Part shown: one piece after another, positions 1 through 9,674 of the stretch
How the letters are laid out: every line of letters begins with the position of its first letter
Numbering within the stretch: position 1 is the stretch's first letter
IMG/VR virus record: IMGVR_UViG_3300025864_000015
Span: 1 to 62,966 of that record
Direction: 5' to 3' (one strand)
DNA: 62,966 nucleotides
Source: a virus
Lineage: Duplodnaviria; Caudoviricetes
Notes under the pieces: model-generated
Database searches by the model: none
What the model was told of the DNA's origin: nothing
What the model saw: only the letters and a program-made list of their open reading frames with translations
Translations under genes and position numbers: made by a program

Positions 1-126
1 CTTCGCGCCGTGCGGAGAGTGAAGCGGGACGTCCCGTTGAATGTCGTGTTAGCGACCGTCGTCGTCCAGGAGGGGTCATCCGTGGCAAGGGCCGGCGCGG
101 CGATGCCCGTTATCCCGGCTCCCGTC
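1..126. repeat. Terminal direct repeat (copy 1), circular assembly overlap
   Basis: 1-126 is identical to 62833-62958; the last 8 nt of the window do not match. Confidence 0.95.
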
Positions 127-662
127 GAGTACAGGCTGCAGACGAGGAAGAGGCGGCTCGGCCCCGTGACGGTGACGCCGCCGGTCAGCGTGACCGGGCT
201 GTTCGCCGCCGTGGCCAACTGGCGGCCCGAGACGTCGATCGCGCTCGCGCCCGAAACGGCCAGCACGATGCCAAAGAGTTTGTACGTGGCATCAGAGGAC
301 GTGAAGGTGAAGTCGCTGGCGGCCACGTCAGCGGCATCGGCGACCTTGTAGAAACAGCCGATATTGGCGTAGGTCTCCGGCGCGGCGGAGAGACTCGCGC
401 CGGTGTTCACGGAGTCGGCGGTCCAGCCAGCCGGGGTATTTAGGGTCAGGGCTTTCCCGTTCGCGCCGATGAAGGCGACGAGCATATGCCCGACTTCGAG
501 GCCGTCGGGCTTGGCGATGACGACCGAGGAGCCATCCGACCCGTTGACGACGGTCTGTGTGTCAACGATGACCAGGGACTGCGCGGCAGCGTCGAGGCCG
601 AGGCCTCCGGTGACGAGCAGGTCCTCGCTATCCCCCAAGCCTCTAAGAACGAGTGCCGACAT
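1..662 (-). CDS. Minor tail protein, 5' part; continues across the circular join into 62832..61977 (about 505 aa in total)
   Basis: ATG at 662 directly follows the upstream TAA; 662+856 nt = 506 codons, frame preserved across the join. Confidence 0.8.
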   Translation of the reverse strand, partial: MSALVLRGLGDSEDLLVTGGLGLDAAAQSLVIVDTQTVVNGSDGSSVVIAKPDGLEVGHMLVAFIGANGKALTLNTPAGWTADSVNTGASLSAAPETYANIGCFYKVADAADVAASDFTFTSSDATYKLFGIVLAVSGASAIDVSGRQLATAANSPVTLTGGVTVTGPSRLFLVCSLYSTGAGITGIAAPALATDDPSWTTTVANTTFNGTSRFTLRTAR

Positions 663-1349
663 TTACGCCAGCCTGTCCCGCCTGTTGGCCCCGGTGCCGT
701 CGAAGGGCACCGTACCGGCCACGTCTTCGTAGACGTTCGCGGTGTAGAGCGGCGTCGTGCCGTTGTCGTCATAGACGGTCATCACGCCGGTCGCCGGGTT
801 GGTCACGACCTTGTTACGCAGGAGCTTCAGGGCCAGCGTCAGGGCCGCGTCCAGCGTCGTGCCGGTGTCGGTGAGGATGGCCGCCGTGTCGGCCTTGACC
901 GCCGGGAGGTCCGTCCCGTGGATGTCAGTGAGCATCGCTGCCACGGCGGGCAGGTCGGTGGCGTGCACGTCGCCGACAGCCGCGAAGGCGTCGCCGGTCA
1001 TGGCGGGCGCTGCGGAACCCTTCCAGTTCACCACGTCGACCCCTTGCGGCCGCGTGTGGAAGAGGAGTACCTGGACGATCTCGCCCGTGGAGCTGGACTT
1101 GATTTGAATGAGCGCGCCGTAGTCATCGTTCAACTCGGCGGCGGAAACGTCGAGGTAGTAAATGCCGGTCGTGCCTATCTCCGCGGCCTCGTGCGTACAG
1201 TCGGCGAAGGAGGGTGCACCGGCACCATGCGCGCCGTACAGGATGAACTCCGAGTCCAGTCCCGCCGCACCCGTGATGAACGTGCCGTCGTTCTTCTGAA
1301 TCGGGAAGTAGGCTCGGGTGTCTACATTCTTCTCACGCCAGAACTCCAT
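663..1349 (-). CDS. Putative virion/tail protein
   Basis: 228-aa ORF with AGGAGA RBS, in the tail region. Confidence 0.6.
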   Translation of the reverse strand: MEFWREKNVDTRAYFPIQKNDGTFITGAAGLDSEFILYGAHGAGAPSFADCTHEAAEIGTTGIYYLDVSAAELNDDYGALIQIKSSSTGEIVQVLLFHTRPQGVDVVNWKGSAAPAMTGDAFAAVGDVHATDLPAVAAMLTDIHGTDLPAVKADTAAILTDTGTTLDAALTLALKLLRNKVVTNPATGVMTVYDDNGTTPLYTANVYEDVAGTVPFDGTGANRRDRLA

Positions 1350-1360
1350 GGGTTATCTCC

Positions 1361-2044
1361 TCATGCAATGCCCGAGGCGATGCCCGAGCCGATTCCTGAA
1401 CCGATACTGCGTCGGGGTACGGTGCCCAACACGACGTACTCGATGGTCCACCGTGGTCGCTTGGCAGCGTCAGTGGCGTAGTCGGATGAATAGAAAAAGT
1501 TATAGGCGTAAGCGGTGCCTTGGTTCTCAGCAGTTGGCGCGGAGAGGAGCACTCCGAGGTTGCTGGCGGGGTCGTCAGTCCATGCCTGCATGAGCGCCAC
1601 AAGGCCCGCGCCCGACCACGTGATGAATCCGTTGGCAGCGGTCCCATCCAGCGTCGTGGTCGCGAGCACTGTAGCGTCGCGGTCTGTGGCATTACCGCAA
1701 CCAGCCGTGCCCCAGTTGTTGCCGGTGGAGAAGATGTTCCACGTCGTCTCGGCCTCGACCCAGCTCCTCAGCACGCGGCGCAGCTCGACAGCCCACGACG
1801 TGACTGCCCCGGTTGCAGAGGTTTGATACTCCCACAAATCAAGCGCCACCGATGTGATAACCACCCCGGCGGGAGGCAGGCTGGGGGGGGCGATGAGGGA
1901 ACGCACGGCAGAGCTTGCGGTATTGCTCGCGTCACCGCAGACCAGGTTGATTCCGGACCCGGAGTTGGTAGTCGCGGGGTTGGAGATGAGAAAAGTGTCA
2001 TTGCCCGCCGCCGCGTCCGGCTGGAGGATCAGCGGACTCGCCAC
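1361..2044 (-). CDS. DNRLRE/disaggregatase-like domain protein (putative tail or receptor-binding protein)
   Basis: DTFL..N.G, 'ITSVALDLW', 'WVEAETTWN' and 'KRPRWTIEY' resemble this family. Confidence 0.65.
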   Translation of the reverse strand: MASPLILQPDAAAGNDTFLISNPATTNSGSGINLVCGDASNTASSAVRSLIAPPSLPPAGVVITSVALDLWEYQTSATGAVTSWAVELRRVLRSWVEAETTWNIFSTGNNWGTAGCGNATDRDATVLATTTLDGTAANGFITWSGAGLVALMQAWTDDPASNLGVLLSAPTAENQGTAYAYNFFYSSDYATDAAKRPRWTIEYVVLGTVPRRSIGSGIGSGIASGIA

Positions 2045-2045
2045 C

Positions 2046-2144
2046 TCACACCACCCCGAAGTGCAGCGTGCCGATGGGGAAGTACACGGCCGGTAGGTCT
2101 GCGGTTAGGTCGTAGGTGCCGTATATCGTTTCCAGAGAGGGCAT
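2046..2144 (-). CDS. 32-aa small ORF
   Basis: Fills the gap between coupled genes; C-terminus FPIGTLHFGVV resembles FPAGELYLTVV of the upstream gene. Confidence 0.4.
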   Translation of the reverse strand: MPSLETIYGTYDLTADLPAVYFPIGTLHFGVV

Positions 2145-2543
2145 TCAGACCACGGTCAGGTAAAGCTCGCCAGCCGGGAACTGCGGCGTGTCGCCGATGC
2201 GCTTCGTGACCGGCGAGTCGAGCGGGATGTACCAGCGCCGCGTCGTGTGGTCGCTCGTTGAGTACGCCTCGACGGCCACCACGTCGGCGTTGTAGTCGCT
2301 GGACACCAGATCCGGGTAGGTGACGGGGTCGGTGCTGAAGACGCCGCCCACGCCGTCTGCGGTCCAGTCGGCCATGTCGACGACGACGCGGGCGTAGTTG
2401 CCGCCGGTGACTTCGGCGCCTGCCGTGGATGCGGTCGGCAGCGTGGTGGTCAGGGCCAGTTCCAGATCGTTGTCGCCTTGGTAGGCAGTGCCGCCGGCGA
2501 TGGCGGCGCAGATGAGGACAGCTTCGTCTTCGGTCGCGGGCAT
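2145..2543 (-). CDS. Minor tail protein
   Basis: LALTT..P...GAEVTGGNYARV...FPAGEL pattern common in phage tail proteins; GGAG RBS. Confidence 0.7.
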   Translation of the reverse strand: MPATEDEAVLICAAIAGGTAYQGDNDLELALTTTLPTASTAGAEVTGGNYARVVVDMADWTADGVGGVFSTDPVTYPDLVSSDYNADVVAVEAYSTSDHTTRRWYIPLDSPVTKRIGDTPQFPAGELYLTVV

Positions 2544-2551
2544 GGGGTCTC

Positions 2552-2866
2552 CTAGGGAAGTACGTTGAAGGTGACGGTGAAAGTGCTGAGGGCGCCGGAC
2601 TTGGCGGCGTGGAGTTCGGGCGTGCGGCCGATGGTGCAGGTGGTGCCCCCGAAGATGCGGTAACCGGACAGGTAGGCGGTCGCCGCCGCGATGGCCCCCG
2701 CCGCGTCCCCGTCCGCACAAAGGCCGCTCACGGTGATCTTCTGGAAGTCGCTGATGTAGTTCGTCACCTGCACCGGCTCGGCCGAGAGCGCGTTGGCCAC
2801 GGCCGTACACTGGACGGGCAGTTCACCGATGTCGACGGACTGGACGTAGGGCGGCGAGCTAGGCAT
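2552..2866 (-). CDS. Hypothetical (distal-tail position) protein
   Basis: Overlaps the tape measure stop; position in the tail operon. Confidence 0.5.
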   Translation of the reverse strand: MPSSPPYVQSVDIGELPVQCTAVANALSAEPVQVTNYISDFQKITVSGLCADGDAAGAIAAATAYLSGYRIFGGTTCTIGRTPELHAAKSGALSTFTVTFNVLP

Positions 2867-5786
2867 TCTGGCCTACCATCTGCCGCATCACGCCGCGCGA
2901 GAGGTGGCGTCCGACCATCTCGGAGAGCTTGCGGGCGGCGGCCTCGTCGGTGCCGACGACGGTGCCGATGTGGACGTGGACGACGGGGGCGGCGGGCCGG
3001 GCGTGAGGCCCAGTCAGCGGCGTGACCCTCACGTGCTCGGGTCCAGCCTCGCCGACGATCATCGGGGTCGCGCCCTTCGTGATGAAGTCGGCACCGGAGG
3101 CGTATTTCATGCCCTTCTGGCCCGGCTTGAATCTGCCGGAGTATGTGGGCGCGACCGTCACGGACAACGCGGACGACGCGGAACCCATACCGGCACCAGC
3201 GACCAGCGCGTCCTCTGCCTTGCGGATGGCCACTCCAGCGGCGAACCAGTCCTTCTCGTTGATCTTCGCGACGATGTTCTTGGGGACGGCTGCGAGGCTG
3301 GTCGCCAGGCTGAGCAGGGCGTTGGGAAGGTCCAGCAGGGTGCTCGCTAGGCCGCTGCCGCCGGTGCCCCCTACGTCTCCCCATCCCTTCATCATCGCGT
3401 CCGTCGCTTTGCGGATAGCCACACCGACGGCGCGCCAGTCCTGCTTGTTGATCTTCTTGACGATGTTTTTGGCGATGCCGGCGAAGGTGGTCGCCATGCC
3501 GACGAGGGTGCTAGCGGCGGTGTTGCGCGCGTCGCTGGCGGCCTGCTGGATGGCTGCGGGGTCGACGAGGGTCGCGGGGTCGACGATGGTCGCGCCCTTG
3601 AGCATCCCGCCAGCCTTGTCCATCCAGCCCGCAGACTTCGCGTTCGCCTGACTCATGGTCGCGGGGCCGGACATGCCGGGAATCAGGACGCTGATGAGGG
3701 TGGCGTTGTCCTTGAGTACCTGCGCCAGCTTCGCCGCCTTCTGCGCCGCCGTATCAAGGGCGCTCGGGTCGATAGCGAGCAGTTCCCCGCTCAGGAGCGC
3801 GACTGCGGGAGCGGCGATAGTCCCAAGGCCCTGCAGCGTCTTGATGGCGTCAACAACCTTGGCCTTGCCGGCTTCGGTCATGGGGCCTTGGTCGAATATC
3901 TTCTGCGTCGTATCGAGGATTTTCTTCGCCGATTCGGCAGCGACGCGCTCCGCGTCGCCCGTGCCGTGGAACCAGACAGGGCCACCGAGGAAGGACTTTT
4001 TGCCGGCCTCGATGTGATCGTTCAGGTCCGATGCCACGTCCGTGGCCAAGAGATTGGCGAAGTCGCGGTACTTCTGGGAGACGATGCCGATCTTCTGCTG
4101 GACCCCGGCGAGATCCTTACCGATGGTGGCGGCGAAGTTCGCGTGAGCGGCCGCGGCCTGCTTCTCGGCGTCCTGCCACTGGCCATAGGCCCACTTGATG
4201 CCCATGTACGCGGCTCCGACTGCAGCGGCGGCGATGATCCACGGCCCCATAGCCACGATTGACGACACGGCTGCCGCCTTGATGCTCGCGCCCATCGCGG
4301 CAAACCGGCCGCCTGTCGCACTCGCTGCCACGCCGAGCTCGTCGACCGCCCTCGTTGCCGGAACGAGCGCCGGCGCGATTCCTGCGGCCGAAGCCGCCTC
4401 TGCCATCTTCGCCAGTTTCGCCGCTTGCGCCGTCTCTCGCTCTGCGATTCTCGCCTGTTGTGCGATGCGAGCCTTACCGGCGTAGTCCGGCAACGCGGTA
4501 CCCATCGCTCCAGCGCCGCCCCGGCCATATATGTTGGGCGGGAGCACTCCGGTTTCCTTGGCCCTGGCGTTCGCCACTGCCGACGCAGTGTTGGCGTCGA
4601 TGGCGACCTTCTCTGCGTACCATGCCGCCGCCGCCGCCTTGGCGCCGCTGAGTGCCTGCAGCCCCTTTACCGCGAGGACGAATGTCGTGAGCGCTCCGCC
4701 TATGGCGATGATGATGGGGAGCAGGAAGCCGAATGCCGAGGCAAGCTTCTTCACCACGTCAAGCGATGGGAAGAGCTTGTCCAGCGCCTTGACGACCCAG
4801 CCGAGCGGGGCAAATATCACGGCGATTGCCTTGGCACCCGCCTTGAACCCGTTGAGGAACGCCGGGCCGATGACGGCGGCGGCCTTCATAATCTTGGCGA
4901 TGTAGGGCGAGATCGCCTTGCCGATGCCCGCCAGCATCAGTTCCCACGTCAGGCTAATCTGGCGCTGCGTCTCCAGCAGCTTCTTCATGCCCCCGGAGTC
5001 CTTGCCCAGCCACGTGAAGCCCGTCGCAGCGACGATCTTGTTGTACCGCTTGATGTCCTTCTCGGAGACGGAGATCCACTTGCTGAGCGACTGGTAGCCA
5101 CGTCCGAGCATGGACTGAGCAGCAAACGCTTTTGTAGCCGCGTCCTTTGTACCGGACAGCGCGTTGCGGTATTCGGGCAGAATCTCGGAGACTGACTTCC
5201 AGTCGCCGTTCGACTTCCTCAGCTCGATGTCGAGCATCGCCATGGCCTTCGCCTGGTTGCCGGTGCCCCCCTGCGCGACCTTGAGGTTCTTGGCAAACAT
5301 GCCGAGGTTCTTGCTGGCCAAGCCGACATCGGCTCCGGTCATCTTGAGCTGGCCGTAGAGTTGCAGCGACGTATCGGGCTTGAGGCCACCAATCCGCGAG
5401 AACTGCTGCAGCGTCCGGCCAAGCGCCATGTACGTCTTCGTGGCCTTGATACCGACGGCGACGATGCCGGCGACTGCGGCCGATGCCATGCCGATAGCGG
5501 CGTAGGCCCCACGCCCGGCCGCGTTCAGCCCGGTGAACGCCCGCGAGAGTGACGAGACGCCGTATGAGAGGTTGCCGCGCGCGAACCCGCCGAGGGCCTG
5601 CTTGAGGTCGCCGAAGCCGCGCCCGATGCCGGACACGCCGAAGGCCTGGAACACCTTGCCGAGCTTCGACATATTGTGGTCGAGATTCTGCGTGTCCTTG
5701 GCGGCGCCCTTGAACGTCTTGCCGAAGGACTTGTCATCCCCGACCAGGGTGAACCGCTCGACTACGTTGTTGACGCGCGTCGACAC
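2859..5786 (-). CDS. Tape measure protein
   Basis: 975 aa, Ala/Gly-rich helical with hydrophobic segments, C-terminal 'VGEAGPE' motif, follows the tail chaperone. Confidence 0.9.
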   Translation of the reverse strand: MSTRVNNVVERFTLVGDDKSFGKTFKGAAKDTQNLDHNMSKLGKVFQAFGVSGIGRGFGDLKQALGGFARGNLSYGVSSLSRAFTGLNAAGRGAYAAIGMASAAVAGIVAVGIKATKTYMALGRTLQQFSRIGGLKPDTSLQLYGQLKMTGADVGLASKNLGMFAKNLKVAQGGTGNQAKAMAMLDIELRKSNGDWKSVSEILPEYRNALSGTKDAATKAFAAQSMLGRGYQSLSKWISVSEKDIKRYNKIVAATGFTWLGKDSGGMKKLLETQRQISLTWELMLAGIGKAISPYIAKIMKAAAVIGPAFLNGFKAGAKAIAVIFAPLGWVVKALDKLFPSLDVVKKLASAFGFLLPIIIAIGGALTTFVLAVKGLQALSGAKAAAAAWYAEKVAIDANTASAVANARAKETGVLPPNIYGRGGAGAMGTALPDYAGKARIAQQARIAERETAQAAKLAKMAEAASAAGIAPALVPATRAVDELGVAASATGGRFAAMGASIKAAAVSSIVAMGPWIIAAAAVGAAYMGIKWAYGQWQDAEKQAAAAHANFAATIGKDLAGVQQKIGIVSQKYRDFANLLATDVASDLNDHIEAGKKSFLGGPVWFHGTGDAERVAAESAKKILDTTQKIFDQGPMTEAGKAKVVDAIKTLQGLGTIAAPAVALLSGELLAIDPSALDTAAQKAAKLAQVLKDNATLISVLIPGMSGPATMSQANAKSAGWMDKAGGMLKGATIVDPATLVDPAAIQQAASDARNTAASTLVGMATTFAGIAKNIVKKINKQDWRAVGVAIRKATDAMMKGWGDVGGTGGSGLASTLLDLPNALLSLATSLAAVPKNIVAKINEKDWFAAGVAIRKAEDALVAGAGMGSASSALSVTVAPTYSGRFKPGQKGMKYASGADFITKGATPMIVGEAGPEHVRVTPLTGPHARPAAPVVHVHIGTVVGTDEAAARKLSEMVGRHLSRGVMRQMVGQNA

Positions 5787-5960
5787 TACTTCGCTCCGTG
5801 GAACTCAGAGGCGACCTTGCCCGCTACGTTGAACTGCTCGGTGGTCAAATCCAGTACGTCCTCTCGTGTCCAGCCGCCATACGCGATGCAGATTCGGAAG
5901 ATGGATTGCTCGCTGACTACTTCGGCTTGCGCGCCGCCCTCTTCGGCGCCGGGGTAGGGT
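5786..5960 (-). CDS. Tail assembly chaperone extension (gpT-like), probably reached by a -1 frameshift; 5' boundary approximate
   Basis: -1 frame relative to 5917..6315; 'WTREDVLDLT'; abuts the tape measure start. Confidence 0.45.
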
Positions 5961-6315
5961 CCGGCTCGGGAGCCCGCGCCTCGGCCCACTTGATGACTGA
6001 GCGCAGCAGTTCGCTGTACTCCATGGCCTCAGCCATCGCGGCGAGCTTCACGAACTTGTCTTTGCGGCGCGCGGTGATCCACGCAATGCCGAGTAGCCAG
6101 GATGGGTCGATGTTCGTGTACTTCTCGGCGTCCTCGGCCTCGAACGCCTTGCCGATCATCAGCATCGCGTACTGCGGGTTGACGCCGACTTCGGCGCGGT
6201 ATGCCATCTGCTCGGCCAGCGTCCAGTCGGACGGGTCGCAGTCCATCGGCACGACGGGCAATTCGGACTCTTCTGCGGGTTCCGGGATGGCCCCGGAGAC
6301 TTCCTCTTCACTCAC
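5917..6315 (-). CDS. Tail assembly chaperone (gpG-like)
   Basis: Position just upstream of the tape measure gene; RBS present. Confidence 0.65.
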   Translation of the reverse strand: MSEEEVSGAIPEPAEESELPVVPMDCDPSDWTLAEQMAYRAEVGVNPQYAMLMIGKAFEAEDAEKYTNIDPSWLLGIAWITARRKDKFVKLAAMAEAMEYSELLRSVIKWAEARAPEPDPTPAPKRAARKPK

Positions 6316-6333
6316 GGATTCCCCCTTGGGTGG

Positions 6334-6990
6334 TCAGTGCTTGGCGTAGGAGAGCTTTTTCAGCTCGCTGGTGACGTGCTTGTCGAGGTCCTTGAAGTAT
6401 TTGTTCTCGAGGGTGTCGAGCTTTTTGTAGATGGTCGGGTAGAAGAACCAGCCCTCGACGCCCCTGTTGAACGCTCGGCTGCGGTTGCGCACGGGAATGA
6501 TGTGGCCGGTCTTGCCGCCGTGCTTGGCAAACTGCTCGGCGTAAGACCTGTGCGGGCGACGCGCGGGCTTGGCGTGCAGGCGCACGCCACCCTTCCGTGC
6601 CCGCCACCACACCGCGCCTCCGAACTCGTTGACGGCGTAATGGGGCGCTCTGGTGTCGCCGCCGGTAACGCCCGCCGAACCCGTGCTGGCGAACGTCTTG
6701 ACGGAGCGCGCCATGGCCCCGCGCGGGGTGTCGTGCGCAGAGCCGGTCTTCTTCCAGCCGGACCTCTTCTTCGCTTTCGAGATGCGCTTGCGGACGCTGC
6801 CACCGGCCTGAGCCGTTCCCGCCGTCAGGCTGCCGGTCTTCGGCATGGCGGACTTGATGTCTTTGGCCAGGACGCGCGCCCACTTGCGGTGAATCGACCG
6901 CAGCTCCTTCTTCGCGGAGAAGCCCGCGTGTTCCATGCGCCGCGCGAACGCCCGCAGGTCGGGACCGCTCAGAGAGAAGTCGCGAGGCAC
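6334..6990 (-). CDS. HK97 gp10-like tail completion protein
   Basis: Basic protein with P.KTG.L, 'HYAVNEFG' and C-terminal 'FFYPT' motifs. Confidence 0.6.
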   Translation of the reverse strand: MPRDFSLSGPDLRAFARRMEHAGFSAKKELRSIHRKWARVLAKDIKSAMPKTGSLTAGTAQAGGSVRKRISKAKKRSGWKKTGSAHDTPRGAMARSVKTFASTGSAGVTGGDTRAPHYAVNEFGGAVWWRARKGGVRLHAKPARRPHRSYAEQFAKHGGKTGHIIPVRNRSRAFNRGVEGWFFYPTIYKKLDTLENKYFKDLDKHVTSELKKLSYAKH

Positions 6991-7623
6991 TTAGGCGAGA
7001 CCCGCCACGTAGTAGGGACCGTCGTTGAACTTGATGGTGAACGGCTGCTCGACGACGCCGCCGATGTCGGCCGTGATGTTGGAGGTGTCGATGGTGCCGT
7101 AGCCGGTGTAGCGGACTTCGCTACCGCCCGTGGTGTCGAGGAACAGGTCGATGCCGATACGCGCGTTGGTTGAGACCATCTCGGCGAACAGGGTGCTATC
7201 GACGTAAGCGCCATCAATGTTGACGCTGCCGGCGACGATCATCGGCGTGAACCGCTTGAACGTGTCGCCGAACGAAGTCACCTCGACGCTTTCGGTGGCG
7301 AGGTCAAGCGCCCAACTTTTGCACTCGCCGACCTGTGCGACGGCCAGATACTTGCCGCTGATGGTGACAGCCGAGGCGCCGGGCGAGACGGTCCATGCGA
7401 CGACGCCGCCGGGCCGCTGGATGCTCGCGTAGCTCGTGACCGCGCCGCCGTTGTACTTGACCACCACGGCGGTGTCGGGGTCGATGAACCGCTTGGTGGC
7501 GTCGTCGATGGTGAACACGGTCTTGGCGCCGTTGGCGGTCATGGCCTCATCGGTCATCACCGTTGCCCCAGCCCCGTACTTCGCCATCCAAATCGAGCCG
7601 AGCCGACCTTTGATAAGTGCCAT
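6991..7623 (-). CDS. Tail tube-like protein 2 (paralog of 7638..8027 with an inserted domain)
   Basis: ECKSWALD...EVTSFGDTFKRFTP. Confidence 0.7.
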   Translation of the reverse strand: MALIKGRLGSIWMAKYGAGATVMTDEAMTANGAKTVFTIDDATKRFIDPDTAVVVKYNGGAVTSYASIQRPGGVVAWTVSPGASAVTISGKYLAVAQVGECKSWALDLATESVEVTSFGDTFKRFTPMIVAGSVNIDGAYVDSTLFAEMVSTNARIGIDLFLDTTGGSEVRYTGYGTIDTSNITADIGGVVEQPFTIKFNDGPYYVAGLA

Positions 7624-7637
7624 TAGTCAGCCCCCGA

Positions 7638-8027
7638 TCAGGAAGCGTGGTAGTTGAGTGCGCCGCTGGCGATGAAGGTGAAGTCGACCCCGATGACCCC
7701 GCCAACGTCGGCGGAAATGGACATCGAAACGAAGGCCGGTCCGTGGTAGTACGGGGCTGCCCCGACGTAGAAGCGCACGTCGGCCAATTCGCTGCCGGCG
7801 ATGGCCGCGGCGCGCAGCACGTCCTGGCCGGTGGTATCACTGGTCGAGTAGTTGCCCTTGGCGGTCGCCGACCAGGTTGCGAACGTGGGGGTGGCCTCGC
7901 GGAAGGTGTCGCCGAAGGACGTGGTGTCCACGGTCTCTTGCCCGATGTCGAGCGTGTAGCTCTGGCACTCCAGCACCGCGTCGGTAACGAGCTTGATGCT
8001 GGCCAAGGTGCCCTTGATTACTGCCAT
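7638..8027 (-). CDS. Major tail (tube) protein
   Basis: ECQSYTLD...DTTSFGDTFREATP...F.F..SGAL, a typical tail-tube pattern. Confidence 0.75.
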   Translation of the reverse strand: MAVIKGTLASIKLVTDAVLECQSYTLDIGQETVDTTSFGDTFREATPTFATWSATAKGNYSTSDTTGQDVLRAAAIAGSELADVRFYVGAAPYYHGPAFVSMSISADVGGVIGVDFTFIASGALNYHAS

Positions 8028-8248
8028 TTGTCCTCCTTAACGGACAAACCCGCTTGCGCGGGCTCCTGATTGACGGACTTGGTCGCCTTCTCAGGCGCAT
8101 GTGGTTTCTTCTTGGGAGGCGGATCGGGGGCGGGGATGAACTCCTCCGCTTCGTGCAGGCCGATCAGTTCGCGGGCCTTGTCGGGGCCGTAATCGGCCAC
8201 GTCCCCGGCCTCGCAACCATCGCGCTTGACGAGTAGCTTGACCTTCAC
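8018..8248 (-). CDS. Small structural-region protein
   Basis: MKVKLL...GD..D.....A..LI....A pattern; AGGAG RBS. Confidence 0.55.
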   Translation of the reverse strand: MKVKLLVKRDGCEAGDVADYGPDKARELIGLHEAEEFIPAPDPPPKKKPHAPEKATKSVNQEPAQAGLSVKEDKWQ

Positions 8249-8262
8249 GTAGCTCCTTTCGA

Positions 8263-8724
8263 TTACGGCGTCACGCGAGTCGTGACATTCAGCGCGAACT
8301 CGACCCAGCAGACGCGCGCTGGGGGGTCCGGCTTGATTCCTTGGTGCCAGCTTTGCGACGCAATCTGCACGTCTCTCACGCTGCCGGTCATGGTGTCGTT
8401 GTCGGCCATCTCGTCGACGACTTCGCCGAGGATGACGGCGCAGCGGTCGCGGGCGGACTTGGCATCGGCGTTGGTGCCGTTCTTGGTCAAGGGGGCGGCT
8501 ACGAGCAGGCTGCCGGAGACGGTGTAGGTCTCCTCAAGTTCCGTGCTGCCCATGGATGCGTGCGACTGCTCGACTGAGACTTCCTCGGCGAACTCGATGC
8601 CTTCGAGGCCCAGTTGCTCGGGCTCGACGGGACAGGAGAAGACGTTGACGCCGCGCAAGTCGCTTCGGCTCTGCAGCGCGTCCACGAGCTGGTCCAGGAA
8701 GTCGGGCAGGGAGGTGGAAGCCAT
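8263..8724 (-). CDS. Tail terminator-like protein
   Basis: Position and acidic ~150-aa pattern. Confidence 0.6.
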   Translation of the reverse strand: MASTSLPDFLDQLVDALQSRSDLRGVNVFSCPVEPEQLGLEGIEFAEEVSVEQSHASMGSTELEETYTVSGSLLVAAPLTKNGTNADAKSARDRCAVILGEVVDEMADNDTMTGSVRDVQIASQSWHQGIKPDPPARVCWVEFALNVTTRVTP

Positions 8725-9665
8725 TAGCCGATCCCGATGCCGGAGTGGTCATAAAGTCTGAGCGCCAGCATCACGTTCGGGAGGGCGCTCCACGCGCCGT
8801 TGTATCCATCTCCCTTTTGCCACGAGTAGGACGTGCCCCCGGAGTCGTAGCCGTCCGCCTGCCAGGGGACGTTGCTGGGCGGCAGTTCGTAGACCGCCAC
8901 CTCAATCGCGGCCCGCTTGACGAGCGGGGGCACGTCCGGGTATCCAGCCGTGTAGGTGACCTTGACGTTTCCGATGCCGGGCTGCCAGTAGCCGTCATTC
9001 CACCGCACCTCTCCGGGAACGGACGCTTGCAGCGCCGCCACCTCGTCGGCGGTCAAGGCCGTCCACGTCGTGCCGATTCTGGTGGACGCGGACGTAATCG
9101 CCGTGACGCGCGGCCAGTCGAGAAGGATGGACTGTGTGCCGTAGCCGTCGTGGTACTCGTCGACGTGCTGCGTCGGAACGAAGTCGACCTTGCAGGCATT
9201 GGTGAACAGGCTGCGGATTTCAAGCTCCTTGGCGATAATGTCGGCGTCGGAGAAGTCGGTAGCCGAAGCGAGTTGCGGCCTTGCCCGCGCCTCGGCAACG
9301 GTGAAGAGCGCGGTCGCCGCCTCGGCGACGAGGTCGTACCCCACGGCCACTGTGACCGAAGACGGAACCGCACCATCGTTCGTGACCACGCAGGCGATGT
9401 AGTCGTAGCTGCCGGCGTCGACGCGGTAGACGTTGCCGCCCGTGCCCGCGGTGCTCGGCACCGCCGTCTCGGTGTAGGCGGAGACGATGGCCCCGGCGGC
9501 GACCGTGGCGAAGTCCGCGTTGGCGACGTAGAAGCGCACACTGTGCAGTACGTTGCACTGGACGCGGAAGTCGACCTCGGGCGGAACCGCGATCGGGTAC
9601 GCCACGACGGCGCTCGATGCGGCGGCGTTTACCGCGGCGGCGTTGACGAGGACGGTTTCGGCCAT
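8724..9665 (-). CDS. Head-tail adaptor with N-terminal extension
   Basis: C-terminal half contains 'EYHDG...NVKVTYTAGY..VP..VKRA'. Confidence 0.7.
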   Translation of the reverse strand: MAETVLVNAAAVNAAASSAVVAYPIAVPPEVDFRVQCNVLHSVRFYVANADFATVAAGAIVSAYTETAVPSTAGTGGNVYRVDAGSYDYIACVVTNDGAVPSSVTVAVGYDLVAEAATALFTVAEARARPQLASATDFSDADIIAKELEIRSLFTNACKVDFVPTQHVDEYHDGYGTQSILLDWPRVTAITSASTRIGTTWTALTADEVAALQASVPGEVRWNDGYWQPGIGNVKVTYTAGYPDVPPLVKRAAIEVAVYELPPSNVPWQADGYDSGGTSYSWQKGDGYNGAWSALPNVMLALRLYDHSGIGIG

Positions 9666-9674
9666 GCCCGCGCC

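Noticed and set aside
1-126. Terminal repeat as a biological direct terminal repeat of the virion DNA
   Set aside because: It lies mid-gene, its length fits an assembler k-mer overlap, and the HNH/P27/HK97-type packaging set points to cos-type ends
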